The translations under genes and the position numbers were made by a program. From NCBI GenBank assembly GCA_964016885.1, contig OZ024744.1, positions 77,562,001 to 77,626,000 of the forward strand: a DNA stretch of 64,000 bases, written 5' to 3'. Origin of the DNA: Eledone cirrhosa. Its lineage: Eukaryota. The notes beneath the pieces are model-generated. The model worked only from the letters and a program-made list of their open reading frames with translations, was not told the origin of the DNA and did not search any database. Position 1 is the first letter of the stretch; each line of letters begins with the position of its first letter. Of this stretch, positions 24,666-35,495 are shown one piece after another.

Positions 24666-27600
24666 ATGACCTCACTCAGAATAGGCAGCATAAATGCGCG
24701 TGGCTTGGGGTCGTCATGGAAGCAGGGTCACCTGCTCAACGACCTCAGGTCACTAAACATAGATGTAGTGGCCATCAGCGAGACCAGAATCTCCGAAGCA
24801 CGGGCCTTCGCACCGATCTTCGGCGGCTACGATGTGTACGCATCTCCCAGCCGTCCTAGATCCGGTGGAGGAGTTGCTGTACTTTTTCGGAGAGGTTTGG
24901 ATCTCGCCATACGGGCCATCTTCCTGGACCCAGAGGGTAAGCTGGTGGTGCTGGACGTGACCAGCGGAGACGGGCAAGCTTTCAGGCTAGTGGCCGTCTA
25001 TGCCCCGACAGGAGCAGGGCGGCCTGATTTCTTCCGGCGTCTGGAGACCTTTCTTGGAACATCGCGCTCTTTAGTGTTAGTGGGCGACTGGAACGGGATC
25101 TTAGATGCACGCTGGGACTGTGTGGGATTAGCGGATAGGGGTGGAGGGTGCAAGAGCCTCACCAACCTGCTCAGGCGTTTTGAACTGTCTGACAGGTACC
25201 GATTGGATTTCCCGAATGTGCCAATGTGGACTTGGACAAACCGCATAGGGTCATCCAGATCATATCTAGATAGAGTATTTTGTAGGGAAATAGATAGGTC
25301 TAGCATAGGCTGTCCACAATTCAAGATAGTCAGCTACACGGACCACAAATTCGTGACCTGTGTGCTTGACTTAGATAGGCTTCATAGACAAGGACCCGGC
25401 TACTGGAAGCTAAACGCGTCCTTACCAGCGCGCAAGGCCTACAGAGACCGGATTAGCGAACTAGTTAAGCGGGCGTTGACGGGGGCCATCGTCAACAACA
25501 AGTGGTGGTTTGCTCTGAAAAGAGCGATTAGAATAGAATCGATTAGGTTTAGTAAGGCTTTAGCAATAGAGAAAAATAGAGCAGAGGGAGAACTAGTTAG
25601 AAAATTAGACGAGGCGCTTAGCAAAGGCATTGCGACCGACGTGCTTGCGGCGAAATTGGCCCTTGACCAATTCTTCAATGCAAAGCACGAAGGCTGCGTT
25701 GTCAGAGCTAGGGTGCGTGCTCTCAGACACGAGGGGACGAAAGCCGTTCAATGGGCCCGAGTGGCGGAGGCGCGTCGTGGCAACAAAGCCACGATCCGGT
25801 CTTTGGTGGACCACGACGGGCGCATGCTACTCGATCCCGGGCAAATGTGTGAAGCTTTTCAGCGACACTTCGCTCAGCTGTTCGGGGGCAGCGGGGGGCC
25901 GGGTAGAGGGATGGACTTTAGTGTCTACCTCGACGGACTGCCGCGGCTCTCGGCCACTGAGGCGAAGTGTTGCGAAAAGCCGATAACAGCCGCTGAAGTA
26001 AGGGAGGCAATGACTGGCTGCACAAGGGGTAAATCGCCTGGTTTGGATGGTCTGCCCTATGAACTTTACGTACAGATGCCAGACTTGTTCGGAGGCCTCT
26101 TGGCGGACGTCTACTGCAACTGGCAACAGAACGGGAGAATTCCCAGTTCTGTGAGCCGAGGAGCGGTGGCACTGCTGAGAAAGGATCCGAACAAGGGGGA
26201 TAACATAGACAATTTCCGGCCCATAACTCTGCTAAACACAGAGTTTAAGATTTTGGCCAAGGTGCTAGCAAAGAGGTTGGCGCTTGTCGTTGGTGGTCTG
26301 GTGGGAGAGGCGCAGACATGCGCCATTCCCGACAGATCCATCCACGACAACCTCCACCTCATGCGATACATCGTAGAGAGGGTAGCTAGGGAACCTGGCA
26401 CGGGTGGGTCCTTGATCAATTTAGATCAGTCGAAAGCTTTCGATAGGGTCGACCATCGTTACCTAGCGGCAGTCCTGAGGGCGGCTGGCTTTGGGCCCGT
26501 CTTCAGAGGCTGGATCGCTGCCATGCACAGCGACATCTGCTCTGTGGTGAGAGTGAACGGTCACCTGTCGGAACCGTTCAACATCATGCGCTCGGTCCGC
26601 CAAGGATGTCCCCTCTCGTCCCTCTTGTACGTATTGACTCTCGAGCCATTACTGCACAAACTGGAGACGTTGAGGGGAGTCCCGCGCGAACTAGGATGCG
26701 GAAGATCCGTGTCAGCATATGCGGACGATGTCACCGTAGTGGTGTCGAACGCCAAACACATCGAGGCGATCGGCACTACACTAAGAGAATACGAAGCGGT
26801 GACAGGAGCAATGATCAACCAGGAAAAGTCAGTGGGCCTGCAGCTCGGCACCTGGAGAGGCAGGTCCATGCCGTCCAACAGCGTCGTCGGGCGCTGGACG
26901 GACGGACCGGTTAAATTGCTAGGGGTCTGGTTCGGTCCGGACCTCCAGACGGACAAAAACTGGGACGAGGTGACGAGCAGGGTGGCTTCTCTCACCCAGA
27001 AATGGGCGGAGAGGAAGCTATCCCTGAAAGGTCGAGCGGAGGTGGCTAACGCGTACATCGCGTCTGTCATCTGCTACCGCCTAACCGTCGTACCTTGTCC
27101 TAAGCCTCGCCTGACTGCGCTGGAGCGTTTGCTCTTTCGCTTTTTGTGGAAGGGACGTGCTCCGATGGTCAGGCGGTCCATCTGTTGTCAACACCCGCTA
27201 CGTGGAGGGCTGGGCATGCCGTGGCTGATGATGCGCAGGCACGCGCTCAGGCTACGACATCTCCACCTCTTCCTCGACGGTGATCAGGTGTGGTCGCCGT
27301 TTGCTAGACGCGTTTTTCCCCAGCTCGTTTCCTTGACGGAGCTGCAGTCCTGGGTCAAGCGAAGACCGAGAGGGAGCGCCTGGAGACTGGAATGTCTTCA
27401 GGCGCTCACAGCCCTCGACCAATCGGGCAATGTGATCGGTGGAAACACCACCTCGGCGTTCTATAGAGGATTAGTGGAGGGGAAGAGCGACGACGTACTT
27501 GGGGAAACTCTAGGCGTCGACGAAAATCAACTAGCCAATCTCTTCGGAAGAACTTTCGGGCCGGGGCCTATGGACAACTTCCAGAAATCTCTGGCCTGGC

Positions 27601-28085
27601 AGTGCTACCGAGGAGCCTTGCCAGTTCGGGATAAACTCTACAGGCATGGAGGTGCCGTCAGCCGGGCATGTCCGAGATGCGCGCAGGGCGACGAAACCGT
27701 CCTGCACGCACTCGTCCAGTGTCCGAAAATTGCTGACTTGTGGGTTTATGTCGAACACCTGCTGTCGCGTTTAGGACGGATCCAGTTATCATCTGAGTCT
27801 ATCGTGAGGATTGCCCCGCCCTCCTCCTTTAGCCGGGAAGGGCAGGCAGTTTTTATCTGTCTGGTGGCCATGGCGAAAGAGATAGTATGGTGGACACGTT
27901 TGAAAGGGCTGAAGACGAGCACTTACCTCTTCGGTGATGCTCTGATTGACTTTTTCAAATTTCATTTGAAAAGGAAAATCAGAGTAGAGAAGGAAGTGCT
28001 CTCTTCCCAGCATTTTGTTGAAAGATGGGTGAGAGAAGCAAGAATGGCCCGAGTGAATGGGCCGACTCTGAGTATATATCTGTAA
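24666..28085 (+). CDS. Tx1 ORF2: AP endonuclease + reverse transcriptase + zinc motif
   Basis: 1139 aa; SINARG, ISET, YAP, GDWN, LDR, TDH; GYWKLN; GKSPGLDGLP, FRPITLLN, KAFDRV, RQGCPLS, YADD; CPRC..ETVLHALVQC. Confidence 0.97.
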   Translation: MTSLRIGSINARGLGSSWKQGHLLNDLRSLNIDVVAISETRISEARAFAPIFGGYDVYASPSRPRSGGGVAVLFRRGLDLAIRAIFLDPEGKLVVLDVTSGDGQAFRLVAVYAPTGAGRPDFFRRLETFLGTSRSLVLVGDWNGILDARWDCVGLADRGGGCKSLTNLLRRFELSDRYRLDFPNVPMWTWTNRIGSSRSYLDRVFCREIDRSSIGCPQFKIVSYTDHKFVTCVLDLDRLHRQGPGYWKLNASLPARKAYRDRISELVKRALTGAIVNNKWWFALKRAIRIESIRFSKALAIEKNRAEGELVRKLDEALSKGIATDVLAAKLALDQFFNAKHEGCVVRARVRALRHEGTKAVQWARVAEARRGNKATIRSLVDHDGRMLLDPGQMCEAFQRHFAQLFGGSGGPGRGMDFSVYLDGLPRLSATEAKCCEKPITAAEVREAMTGCTRGKSPGLDGLPYELYVQMPDLFGGLLADVYCNWQQNGRIPSSVSRGAVALLRKDPNKGDNIDNFRPITLLNTEFKILAKVLAKRLALVVGGLVGEAQTCAIPDRSIHDNLHLMRYIVERVAREPGTGGSLINLDQSKAFDRVDHRYLAAVLRAAGFGPVFRGWIAAMHSDICSVVRVNGHLSEPFNIMRSVRQGCPLSSLLYVLTLEPLLHKLETLRGVPRELGCGRSVSAYADDVTVVVSNAKHIEAIGTTLREYEAVTGAMINQEKSVGLQLGTWRGRSMPSNSVVGRWTDGPVKLLGVWFGPDLQTDKNWDEVTSRVASLTQKWAERKLSLKGRAEVANAYIASVICYRLTVVPCPKPRLTALERLLFRFLWKGRAPMVRRSICCQHPLRGGLGMPWLMMRRHALRLRHLHLFLDGDQVWSPFARRVFPQLVSLTELQSWVKRRPRGSAWRLECLQALTALDQSGNVIGGNTTSAFYRGLVEGKSDDVLGETLGVDENQLANLFGRTFGPGPMDNFQKSLAWQCYRGALPVRDKLYRHGGAVSRACPRCAQGDETVLHALVQCPKIADLWVYVEHLLSRLGRIQLSSESIVRIAPPSSFSREGQAVFICLVAMAKEIVWWTRLKGLKTSTYLFGDALIDFFKFHLKRKIRVEKEVLSSQHFVERWVREARMARVNGPTLSIYL

Positions 28086-28616
28086 ACTAAAGGTGGAAAA
28101 CTGGGAGAGGGCACTTGCCTTGGTGGTCAGGGTCATTGTGGCTTTTTACTGGGCTTTCTCCACAAATGTCTCTCCGAAGTCTCCCCCCTATTGGGGAATT
28201 TTTCATTGTTATTTTCATTGTTATTTTTGTTACATCCTCTGTTTTTGTTTTTTTACACGCAGAAATGCCCATTTGTACCGTCCTGCATTGTCCTGCACTG
28301 TCCTTAATGTCTACTTTATGTAAACCCTTGTGGTTAATAAAGAAATCATTATTGTTGTTGTCGTTATTATTAATATTGCTATTATTATTATTATTATTAT
28401 TGAATGCCATGGTTGACGGAGGCTCGGCTCTGTAAGGTATAGTAATTTTTAACCGTTAAAACAATTGTAAATTGTTTAAAACTTGAACCAAATTGTTGAT
28501 AAAGACACCCTCCTCCTCGTGAGAGGGGTCTTTCTGTCCGTTATTTGGCCCTTCGGGGTTAAATAATCAGTTATTGGGGTTTTGTACCCAAAATTTCATT
28601 TTAAACAAAAAACAAC

Positions 28617-30713
28617 ATGGCTACGAAAAAGAAATTTCATACGTCACTCCCACTCATTCCGTCTTCTTCTTCCTCAATCATCACTACAGCAGAGAGAAGA
28701 TTGTCTCTCTCCCTCCCTTCTTTAAATGTGTCTCTCTCCCTCCCTTCTCTTTCGCAAATGACGAAAGAAAAGAAAAGTCTCGTGCAAAGCGTGCAAGGTT
28801 TCTCCACGACGACGACGACAGCGACGAAACAGGTGTGCGGGAAATACGAAAACCCAGTTCATTCGTCTGACGTCAGGAATAATAGCAGTAGCAGCCGTAA
28901 TAACAACAGCAACAGTGACAATGAAAACAACAGTAGCAGCCGCAACAGCATCACCAGCAGCATAAACAACAACAGCATTAGCAGCAGCAACACCAACAAC
29001 AACCACAGCAACAGCGGCGGAGGCAGTAGTCGTAGTAGCTGCAGCAACAACAAAAGTACCAGCAGCTCTGACGACAACAACAACAGCAGAGAAAAACCAA
29101 TCTCATTTGCAGGTATTGCGAAAAACTTGGAAACAATCCTCATAACAAATGAGGAATTAGAGGAAGCGAAGAAGATGGTGACAAAGAACGGACACCGAGC
29201 AATCTGCAAGGCAGCGAAAAATTTTTTCGAAACCCAAGAGCACTGTACGGTCACGTACCGTACAGTAAGTACAAAATCCCGTAGGGTGGAAAGAGCCACA
29301 GAGGCCCAAATACAAAAAGCCTTGGGGTCTGTATGGCAGCGGAAAACGCACATCACCCGAGGCAAAAAATATGCCACCGTAGACGTACTTTTTGCCACAC
29401 CCCAGGAGGCAAAGGCCCAATCAGTAGTAACCCTAAGGAGCGAGGAAATGGTGTTGGTGCCCTCCTACTGTGGGCAAAAAATTGTGAGGGTCAAACTGAC
29501 CCACGTCCCCCCCGGAATGACCCCTTCTTGGCTGGCCGCGTCTGTCCTCGTCGGAATCGAGGACAAAACAACTGTACTGCAAGTACAGAAAAAAGTAAGA
29601 GAAGATTGGGTCGGCTCCTCCATTGAGATGCTAATCCAAACCAACCAGGAGTGCATCGAAGCTATCCCGGATGTGATAGACTTCGATAACGGCACTCAAC
29701 TGCCCATAAGTGTTGAGGGCAAACGCCCGAAATGCTTTCGCTGTGGATCGAAGACTCACCTCAGGGCCTTCTGCAACGAGAAGACCCTGAGAAAGGAGAA
29801 AACCCCCCTCCTTCCGAATCCGGCTCCACGGCTACCAGCAACAGGACAAGCGGCAACCAGGAACGATAGGCCCGTGGCACCCATACCCACTCCACGGAAA
29901 TCAAAAACAGCAGCAGCAGTGGAAATACTAACAACAACAACAGCAATACCAAATGCAGCTGCAACAGAGACTCCAGTGCAAACATCACCAACAACAACAA
30001 GTGAAAGAGTGGAGTTGGTACCCCTCCCCGACCTCACAGAATCAGACATGGAGTGTGAGGTGGGAGAGAGATGGCAAAAGGTCGTAAGAAGGCACAAACG
30101 CAGAAGCAGCGCATCGTCGCCTTTGAAAAGGGAGGAAAGAAATGAGAAAAGGGTAAAGTCTACTGCAAAGAGACCCACAGCAGCAACAACACCAACACCA
30201 TCGCCACCCACACTAGCGCCACCATCACCACCGGCGACAACCCCACCGCCAACAACACCTTCAACACCACCACCACAAGCACCAACATCGCAAACACAAC
30301 AACAAAACACACACACCCAGCAACAACGACAAGAAAATAGCAGAACCACACCCCACCCCCAGAAAAACAAATGCACGGCAATAAATACACACAACAAGAA
30401 ACTAATGACTTACATAATTGAACACACAGACATTTCACAACAGGACTACATAATACCAGCACCAATCAAAACGCCAACTAACATAAAACTGCTAAAAATA
30501 GCACAGAAACAATACACAAATATTAAAACGAAATTCCCCAACGCAGTTGGTGATTTCAGGGACCTAGGAGGAACCATCAATCGAAGAGTATACTCAGACA
30601 TTCTCTTAGAAGAGCCGACGACCAGCCGAAGGGACGATTCAACGGTCCCTTCACCAGACGATCAAGTGAAAAGGGATGTAAAAACCATCCCTCCTCTACC
30701 AAAAGTACGGTAA
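28617..30713 (+). CDS. Tx1 ORF1 (copy 2)
   Basis: Translation identical to 22534-24630. Confidence 0.88.
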   Translation: MATKKKFHTSLPLIPSSSSSIITTAERRLSLSLPSLNVSLSLPSLSQMTKEKKSLVQSVQGFSTTTTTATKQVCGKYENPVHSSDVRNNSSSSRNNNSNSDNENNSSSRNSITSSINNNSISSSNTNNNHSNSGGGSSRSSCSNNKSTSSSDDNNNSREKPISFAGIAKNLETILITNEELEEAKKMVTKNGHRAICKAAKNFFETQEHCTVTYRTVSTKSRRVERATEAQIQKALGSVWQRKTHITRGKKYATVDVLFATPQEAKAQSVVTLRSEEMVLVPSYCGQKIVRVKLTHVPPGMTPSWLAASVLVGIEDKTTVLQVQKKVREDWVGSSIEMLIQTNQECIEAIPDVIDFDNGTQLPISVEGKRPKCFRCGSKTHLRAFCNEKTLRKEKTPLLPNPAPRLPATGQAATRNDRPVAPIPTPRKSKTAAAVEILTTTTAIPNAAATETPVQTSPTTTSERVELVPLPDLTESDMECEVGERWQKVVRRHKRRSSASSPLKREERNEKRVKSTAKRPTAATTPTPSPPTLAPPSPPATTPPPTTPSTPPPQAPTSQTQQQNTHTQQQRQENSRTTPHPQKNKCTAINTHNKKLMTYIIEHTDISQQDYIIPAPIKTPTNIKLLKIAQKQYTNIKTKFPNAVGDFRDLGGTINRRVYSDILLEEPTTSRRDDSTVPSPDDQVKRDVKTIPPLPKVR

Positions 30714-30748
30714 GTGGTCTTTCCCATCTTTTCCACTCTATTTTAAAC

Positions 30749-33700
30749 ATGACCTCACTCAGAATAGGCAGCATAAATGCGCGTGGCTTGGGGTCGTCAT
30801 GGAAGCAGGGTCACCTGCTCAACGACCTCAGGTCACTAAACATAGATGTAGTGGCCATCAGCGAGACCAGAATCTCCGAAGCACGGGCCTTCGCACCGAT
30901 CTTCGGCGGCTACGATGTGTACGCATCTCCCAGCCGTCCTAGATCCGGTGGAGGAGTTGCTGTACTTTTTCGGAGAGGTTTGGATCTCGCCATACGGGCC
31001 ATCTTCCTGGACCCAGAGGGTAAGCTGGTGGTGCTGGACGTGACCAGCGGAGACGGGCAAGCTTTCAGGCTAGTGGCCGTCTATGCCCCGACAGGAGCAG
31101 GGCGGCCTGATTTCTTCCGGCGTCTGGAGACCTTTCTTGGAACATCGCGCTCTTTAGTGTTAGTGGGCGACTGGAACGGGATCTTAGATGCACGCTGGGA
31201 CTGTGTGGGATTAGCGGATAGGGGTGGAGGGTGCAAGAGCCTCACCAACCTGCTCAGGCGTTTTGAACTGTCTGACAGGTACCGATTGGATTTCCCGAAT
31301 GTGCCAATGTGGACTTGGACAAACCGCATAGGGTCATCCAGATCATATCTAGATAGAGTATTTTGTAGGGAAATAGATAGGTCTAGCATAGGCTGTCCAC
31401 AATTCAAGATAGTCAGCTACACGGACCACAAATTCGTGATCTGTGTGCTTGACTTAGATAGGCTTCATAGACGAGGACCCGGCTACTGGAAGCTAAACGC
31501 GTCCTTACCAGCGCGCAAGGCCTACAGAGACCGGATTAGCGAACTAGTTAAGCGGGCGTTGACGGGGGCCATCGTCAACAACAAGTGGTGGTTTGCTCTG
31601 AAAAGAGCGATTAGAATAGAATCGATTAGATTTAGTAAGGCTTTAGCAATAGAGAAAAATAGAGCAGAGGGAGAACTAGTTAGAAAATTAGACGAGGCGC
31701 TTAGCAAAGGCATTGCGACCGACGTGCTTGCGGCGAAATTGGCCCTTGACCAATTCTTCAATGCAAAGCACGAAGGCTGCGTTGTCAGAGCAAGGGTGCG
31801 TGCTCTCAGACACGAGGGGACGAAAGCCGTTCAATGGGCCCGAGTGGCGGAGGCGCGTCGTGGCAACAAAGCCACGATCCGGTCTTTGGTGGACCACGAC
31901 GGGCGCATGCTACTCGATCCCGGGCAAATGTGTGAAGCTTTTCAGCGACACTTCGCTCAGCTGTTCGGGGGCAGCGGGGGGCCGGGTAGAGGGATGGACT
32001 TTAGTGTCTACCTCGACGGACTGCCGCGGCTCTCGGCCACTGAGGCGAAGTGTTGCGAAAAGCCGATAACAGCCGCTGAAGTACGGGAGGCAATGACTGG
32101 CTGCACAAGGGGTAAATCGCCTGGTTTGGATGGTCTGCCCTATGAACTTTACGTACAGATGCCAGACTTGTTCGGAGGCCTCTTGGCGGACGTCTACTGC
32201 AACTGGCAACAGAACGGGAGAATTCCCAGGTCTGTGAGCCGAGGAGCGGTGGCACTGCTGAGAAAGGATCCGAACAAGGGGGATAACATAGACAATTTCC
32301 GGCCCATAACTCTGCTAAACACAGAGTTTAAGATTTTGGCCAAGGTGCTAGCAAAGAGGTTGGCGCTTGTCGTTGGTGGTCTGGTGGGAGAGGCGCAGAC
32401 ATGCGCCATTCCCGACAGATCCATCCACGACAACCTCCACCTCATGCGATACATCGTAGAGAGGGTAGCTAGGGAACCTGGCACGGGTGGGTCCTTGATC
32501 AATTTAGATCAGTCGAAAGCTTTCGATAGGGTCGACCATCGTTACCTAGCGGCAGTCCTGAGGGCGGCTGGCTTTGGGCCCGTCTTCAGAGGCTGGATCG
32601 CTGCCATGCACAGCGACATCTGCTCTGTAGTGAGAGTGAACGGTCACCTGTCGGAACCGTTCAACATCATGCGCTCGGTCCGCCAAGGATGTCCCCTCTC
32701 GTCCCTCTTGTACGTATTGACTCTCGAGCCATTACTGCACAAACTGGAGACGTTGAGGGGAGTCCCGCGCGAACTAGGATGCGGAAGATCCGTGTCAGCA
32801 TATGCGGACGATGTCACCGTAGTGGTGTCGAACGCCAAACACATCGAGGCGATCGGCACTACACTAAGAGAATACGAAGCGGTGACAGGAGCAATGATCA
32901 ACCAGGAAAAGTCAGTGGGCCTGCAGCTCGGCACCTGGAGAGGCAGGTCCATGCCGTCCAACAGCGTCGTCGGGCGCTGGACGGACGGACCGGTTAAATT
33001 GCTAGGGGTCTGGTTCGGTCCGGACCTCCAGACGGACAAAAACTGGGACGAGGTGACGAGCAGGGTGGCTTCTCTCACCCAGAAATGGGCGGAGAGGAAG
33101 CTATCCCTGAAAGGTCGAGCGGAGGTGGCTAACGCGTACATCGCGTCTGTCATCTGCTACCGCCTAACCGTCGTACCTTGTCCTAAGCCTCGCCTGACTG
33201 CGCTGGAGCGTTTGCTCTTTCGCTTTTTGTGGAAGGGACGTGCTCCGATGGTCAGGCGGTCCATCTGTTGTCAACACCCGCTACGTGGAGGGCTGGGCAT
33301 GCCGTGGCTGATGATGCGCAGGCACGCGCTCAGGCTACGACATCTCCACCTCTTCCTCGACGGTGATCAGGTGTGGTCGCCGTTTGCTAGACGCGTTTTT
33401 CCCCAGCTCGTTTCCTTGACGGAGCTGCAGTCCTGGGTCAAGCGAAGACCGAGAGGGAGCGCCTGGAGACTGGAATGTCTTCAGGCGCTCACAGCCCTCG
33501 ACCAATCGGGCAATGTGATCGGTGGAAACTCCACCTCGGCGTTCTATAGAGGATTAGTGGAGGGGAAGAGCGACGACGTACTTGGGGAAACTCTAGGCGT
33601 CGACGAAAATCAACTAGCCAATCTCTTCGGAAGAACTTTCGGGCCAGGGCCTATGGACAACTTCCAGAAATCTCTGGCCTGGCAGTGCTACCGAGGAGCC

Positions 33701-34168
33701 TTGCCAGTTCGGGATAAACTCTACAGGCATGGAGGTGCCGTCAGCCGGGCATGTCCGAGATGCGCGCAGGGCGACGAAACCGTCCTGCACGCACTCGTCC
33801 AGTGTCCGAAAATTGCTGACTTGTGGGTTTATGTCGAACACCTGCTGTCGCGTTTAGGACGGATCCAGCTATCATCTGAGTCTATCGTGAGGATTGCCCC
33901 GCCCTCCTCCTTTAGCCGGGAAGGGCAGGCAGTTTTTATCTGTCTGGTGGCCATGGCGAAAGAGATAGTATGGTGGACACGTTTGAAAGGGCTGAAGACG
34001 AGCACTTACCTCTTCGGTGATGCTCTGATTGCCTTTTTCAAATTTCATTTGAAAAGGAAAATCAGAGTAGAGAAGGAAGTGCTCTCTTCCCAGCATTTTG
34101 TTGAAAGATGGGTGAGAGAAGCAAGAATGGCCCGAGTGAATGGGCCGACTCTGAGTATATATCTGTAA
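30749..34168 (+). CDS. Tx1 ORF2 (copy 2)
   Basis: 1139 aa, 5 amino-acid differences from copy 1 (T/I, Q/R, S/R, T/S, D/A). Confidence 0.97.
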   Translation: MTSLRIGSINARGLGSSWKQGHLLNDLRSLNIDVVAISETRISEARAFAPIFGGYDVYASPSRPRSGGGVAVLFRRGLDLAIRAIFLDPEGKLVVLDVTSGDGQAFRLVAVYAPTGAGRPDFFRRLETFLGTSRSLVLVGDWNGILDARWDCVGLADRGGGCKSLTNLLRRFELSDRYRLDFPNVPMWTWTNRIGSSRSYLDRVFCREIDRSSIGCPQFKIVSYTDHKFVICVLDLDRLHRRGPGYWKLNASLPARKAYRDRISELVKRALTGAIVNNKWWFALKRAIRIESIRFSKALAIEKNRAEGELVRKLDEALSKGIATDVLAAKLALDQFFNAKHEGCVVRARVRALRHEGTKAVQWARVAEARRGNKATIRSLVDHDGRMLLDPGQMCEAFQRHFAQLFGGSGGPGRGMDFSVYLDGLPRLSATEAKCCEKPITAAEVREAMTGCTRGKSPGLDGLPYELYVQMPDLFGGLLADVYCNWQQNGRIPRSVSRGAVALLRKDPNKGDNIDNFRPITLLNTEFKILAKVLAKRLALVVGGLVGEAQTCAIPDRSIHDNLHLMRYIVERVAREPGTGGSLINLDQSKAFDRVDHRYLAAVLRAAGFGPVFRGWIAAMHSDICSVVRVNGHLSEPFNIMRSVRQGCPLSSLLYVLTLEPLLHKLETLRGVPRELGCGRSVSAYADDVTVVVSNAKHIEAIGTTLREYEAVTGAMINQEKSVGLQLGTWRGRSMPSNSVVGRWTDGPVKLLGVWFGPDLQTDKNWDEVTSRVASLTQKWAERKLSLKGRAEVANAYIASVICYRLTVVPCPKPRLTALERLLFRFLWKGRAPMVRRSICCQHPLRGGLGMPWLMMRRHALRLRHLHLFLDGDQVWSPFARRVFPQLVSLTELQSWVKRRPRGSAWRLECLQALTALDQSGNVIGGNSTSAFYRGLVEGKSDDVLGETLGVDENQLANLFGRTFGPGPMDNFQKSLAWQCYRGALPVRDKLYRHGGAVSRACPRCAQGDETVLHALVQCPKIADLWVYVEHLLSRLGRIQLSSESIVRIAPPSSFSREGQAVFICLVAMAKEIVWWTRLKGLKTSTYLFGDALIAFFKFHLKRKIRVEKEVLSSQHFVERWVREARMARVNGPTLSIYL

Positions 34169-34428
34169 ACTAAAGGTGGAAAACTGGGAGAGGGCACTTG
34201 CCTTGGTGGTCAGGGTCATTGTGGCTTTTTACTGGGCTTTCTCCACAAATGTCCCTCCGAAGTCTCCCCCCTATTGGGGAATTTTTCATTGTTATTTTCA
34301 TTGTTATTTTTGTTACATCCTCTGTTTTTGTTTTTTTACACGCAGAAATGCCCATTTGTACCGTCCTGCATTGTCCTGCACTGTCCTTAATGTCTACTTT
34401 ATGTAAACCCTTGTGGTTAATAAAGAAA

Positions 34429-34430
<2 letters not shown>

Positions 34431-34466
<36 letters not shown>

Positions 34467-34536
34467 GTTATTAATGTATGTGTGTATATGTGTGTGTGTA
34501 TGTGTATGTATGTGTGTGTGTATATATGTATGTATG

Positions 34537-34577
<41 letters not shown>

Positions 34578-34595
34578 CTTTTCCTTTTTTTTTTT

Positions 34596-34631
<36 letters not shown>

Positions 34632-34695
34632 TTTCTTTTTTCTTTTTTTTTTCTTGTGCAATGGCCATACTCGATAACGAGGGGGCAGCCATCAT
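34431..34695 (+). mobile_element. Remainder of RTE LINE 3' UTR with terminal stem-loop
   Basis: Matches reverse complement of 13826-14050; ends TGGCCATACTCGATAACGAGGGGGCAGCCATCATG + (TATG)n. Confidence 0.85.
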
Positions 34696-34799
34696 GTATG
34701 TATGTAAGTATGTATGTATGTATGTATGTATGTATGTATGTATGTATGTATGTATGTATGTATGTATGTATGTATGTATGTATGTATGTATGTATGTAG

Positions 34800-34830
<31 letters not shown>

Positions 34831-34875
34831 TGTATGTATGTATGTATGTATGTATGTATGTATGTATGTCAGTAT

Positions 34876-35484
34876 GTCAGGTCACCAGTTGGTGCTACTG
34901 GTAACATGTATCCCAGTACAACCTGTCTCATGGTCGGGTCGTTGGCGACTAAACTGGCAAACCCACAAAAGGTTTCTTGGTGAGGAGGGTGACTTTGGAC
35001 ATCCTGCAGGACTAAAAACAAAACCTGTCAAAGGGCAAAGAGCTCTTAAGAGTCAATGGCCATCCAAAATCACCGGGAGAAATGACCCCTTAGCCTTTGT
35101 CAAGGCAGAATTCTAGGAGAAGGAAAACTCTGATATAACACCTGCAACCCTGATGGTATCCAATGATGTTGACTTGTTCTTCTTTTTGGTAAATATCATC
35201 TTGGTTAAGAGAGTGGGACTGGCTTTGTGCAGTGCCTTTGCTCATAAAAGCTTCACGGCACAGGCATTGCTTTATATCTGGAGATCTCTCTGCACTTGTC
35301 GTCACATGGTACCAAGGGCCCAGCACTATGTGTCAATAATTGTCACAAGTGTAGTGTTTGTACCAGAGTTTTCAAGTCGCTGGCTGGACTAAAAAGTCAC
35401 ATTCGTTCAGCGCGCATCGGTAGGGATTCTCCTACATGGATATAAGGTAGTGGCCGTACTCGAAAACGAGTTGGCAGCCACCAT
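34876..35484 (+). mobile_element. Non-autonomous RTE-derived element, complete copy
   Basis: Homologous over full length to 13104-13714; flanked by (TATG)n. Confidence 0.88.
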
Positions 35485-35495
35485 GTATGTATGTA

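Larger units (their letters stand above)
22319..28347 (+). mobile_element. Full-length Tx1-clade (L1 superfamily) LINE, copy 1
   Basis: Two intact ORFs, 215-nt leader, 3' UTR ending AATAAAGAAATC then (ATT)n. Confidence 0.95.
28402..34430 (+). mobile_element. Full-length Tx1-clade LINE, copy 2 (tandem, offset 6083 bp)
   Basis: Colinear with copy 1; about 12 substitutions seen. Confidence 0.95.

Noticed and set aside
24998-27758. Antisense and alternate-frame ORFs within Tx1 ORF2
   Set aside because: Expected shadows of GC-rich coding sequence; no motifs.
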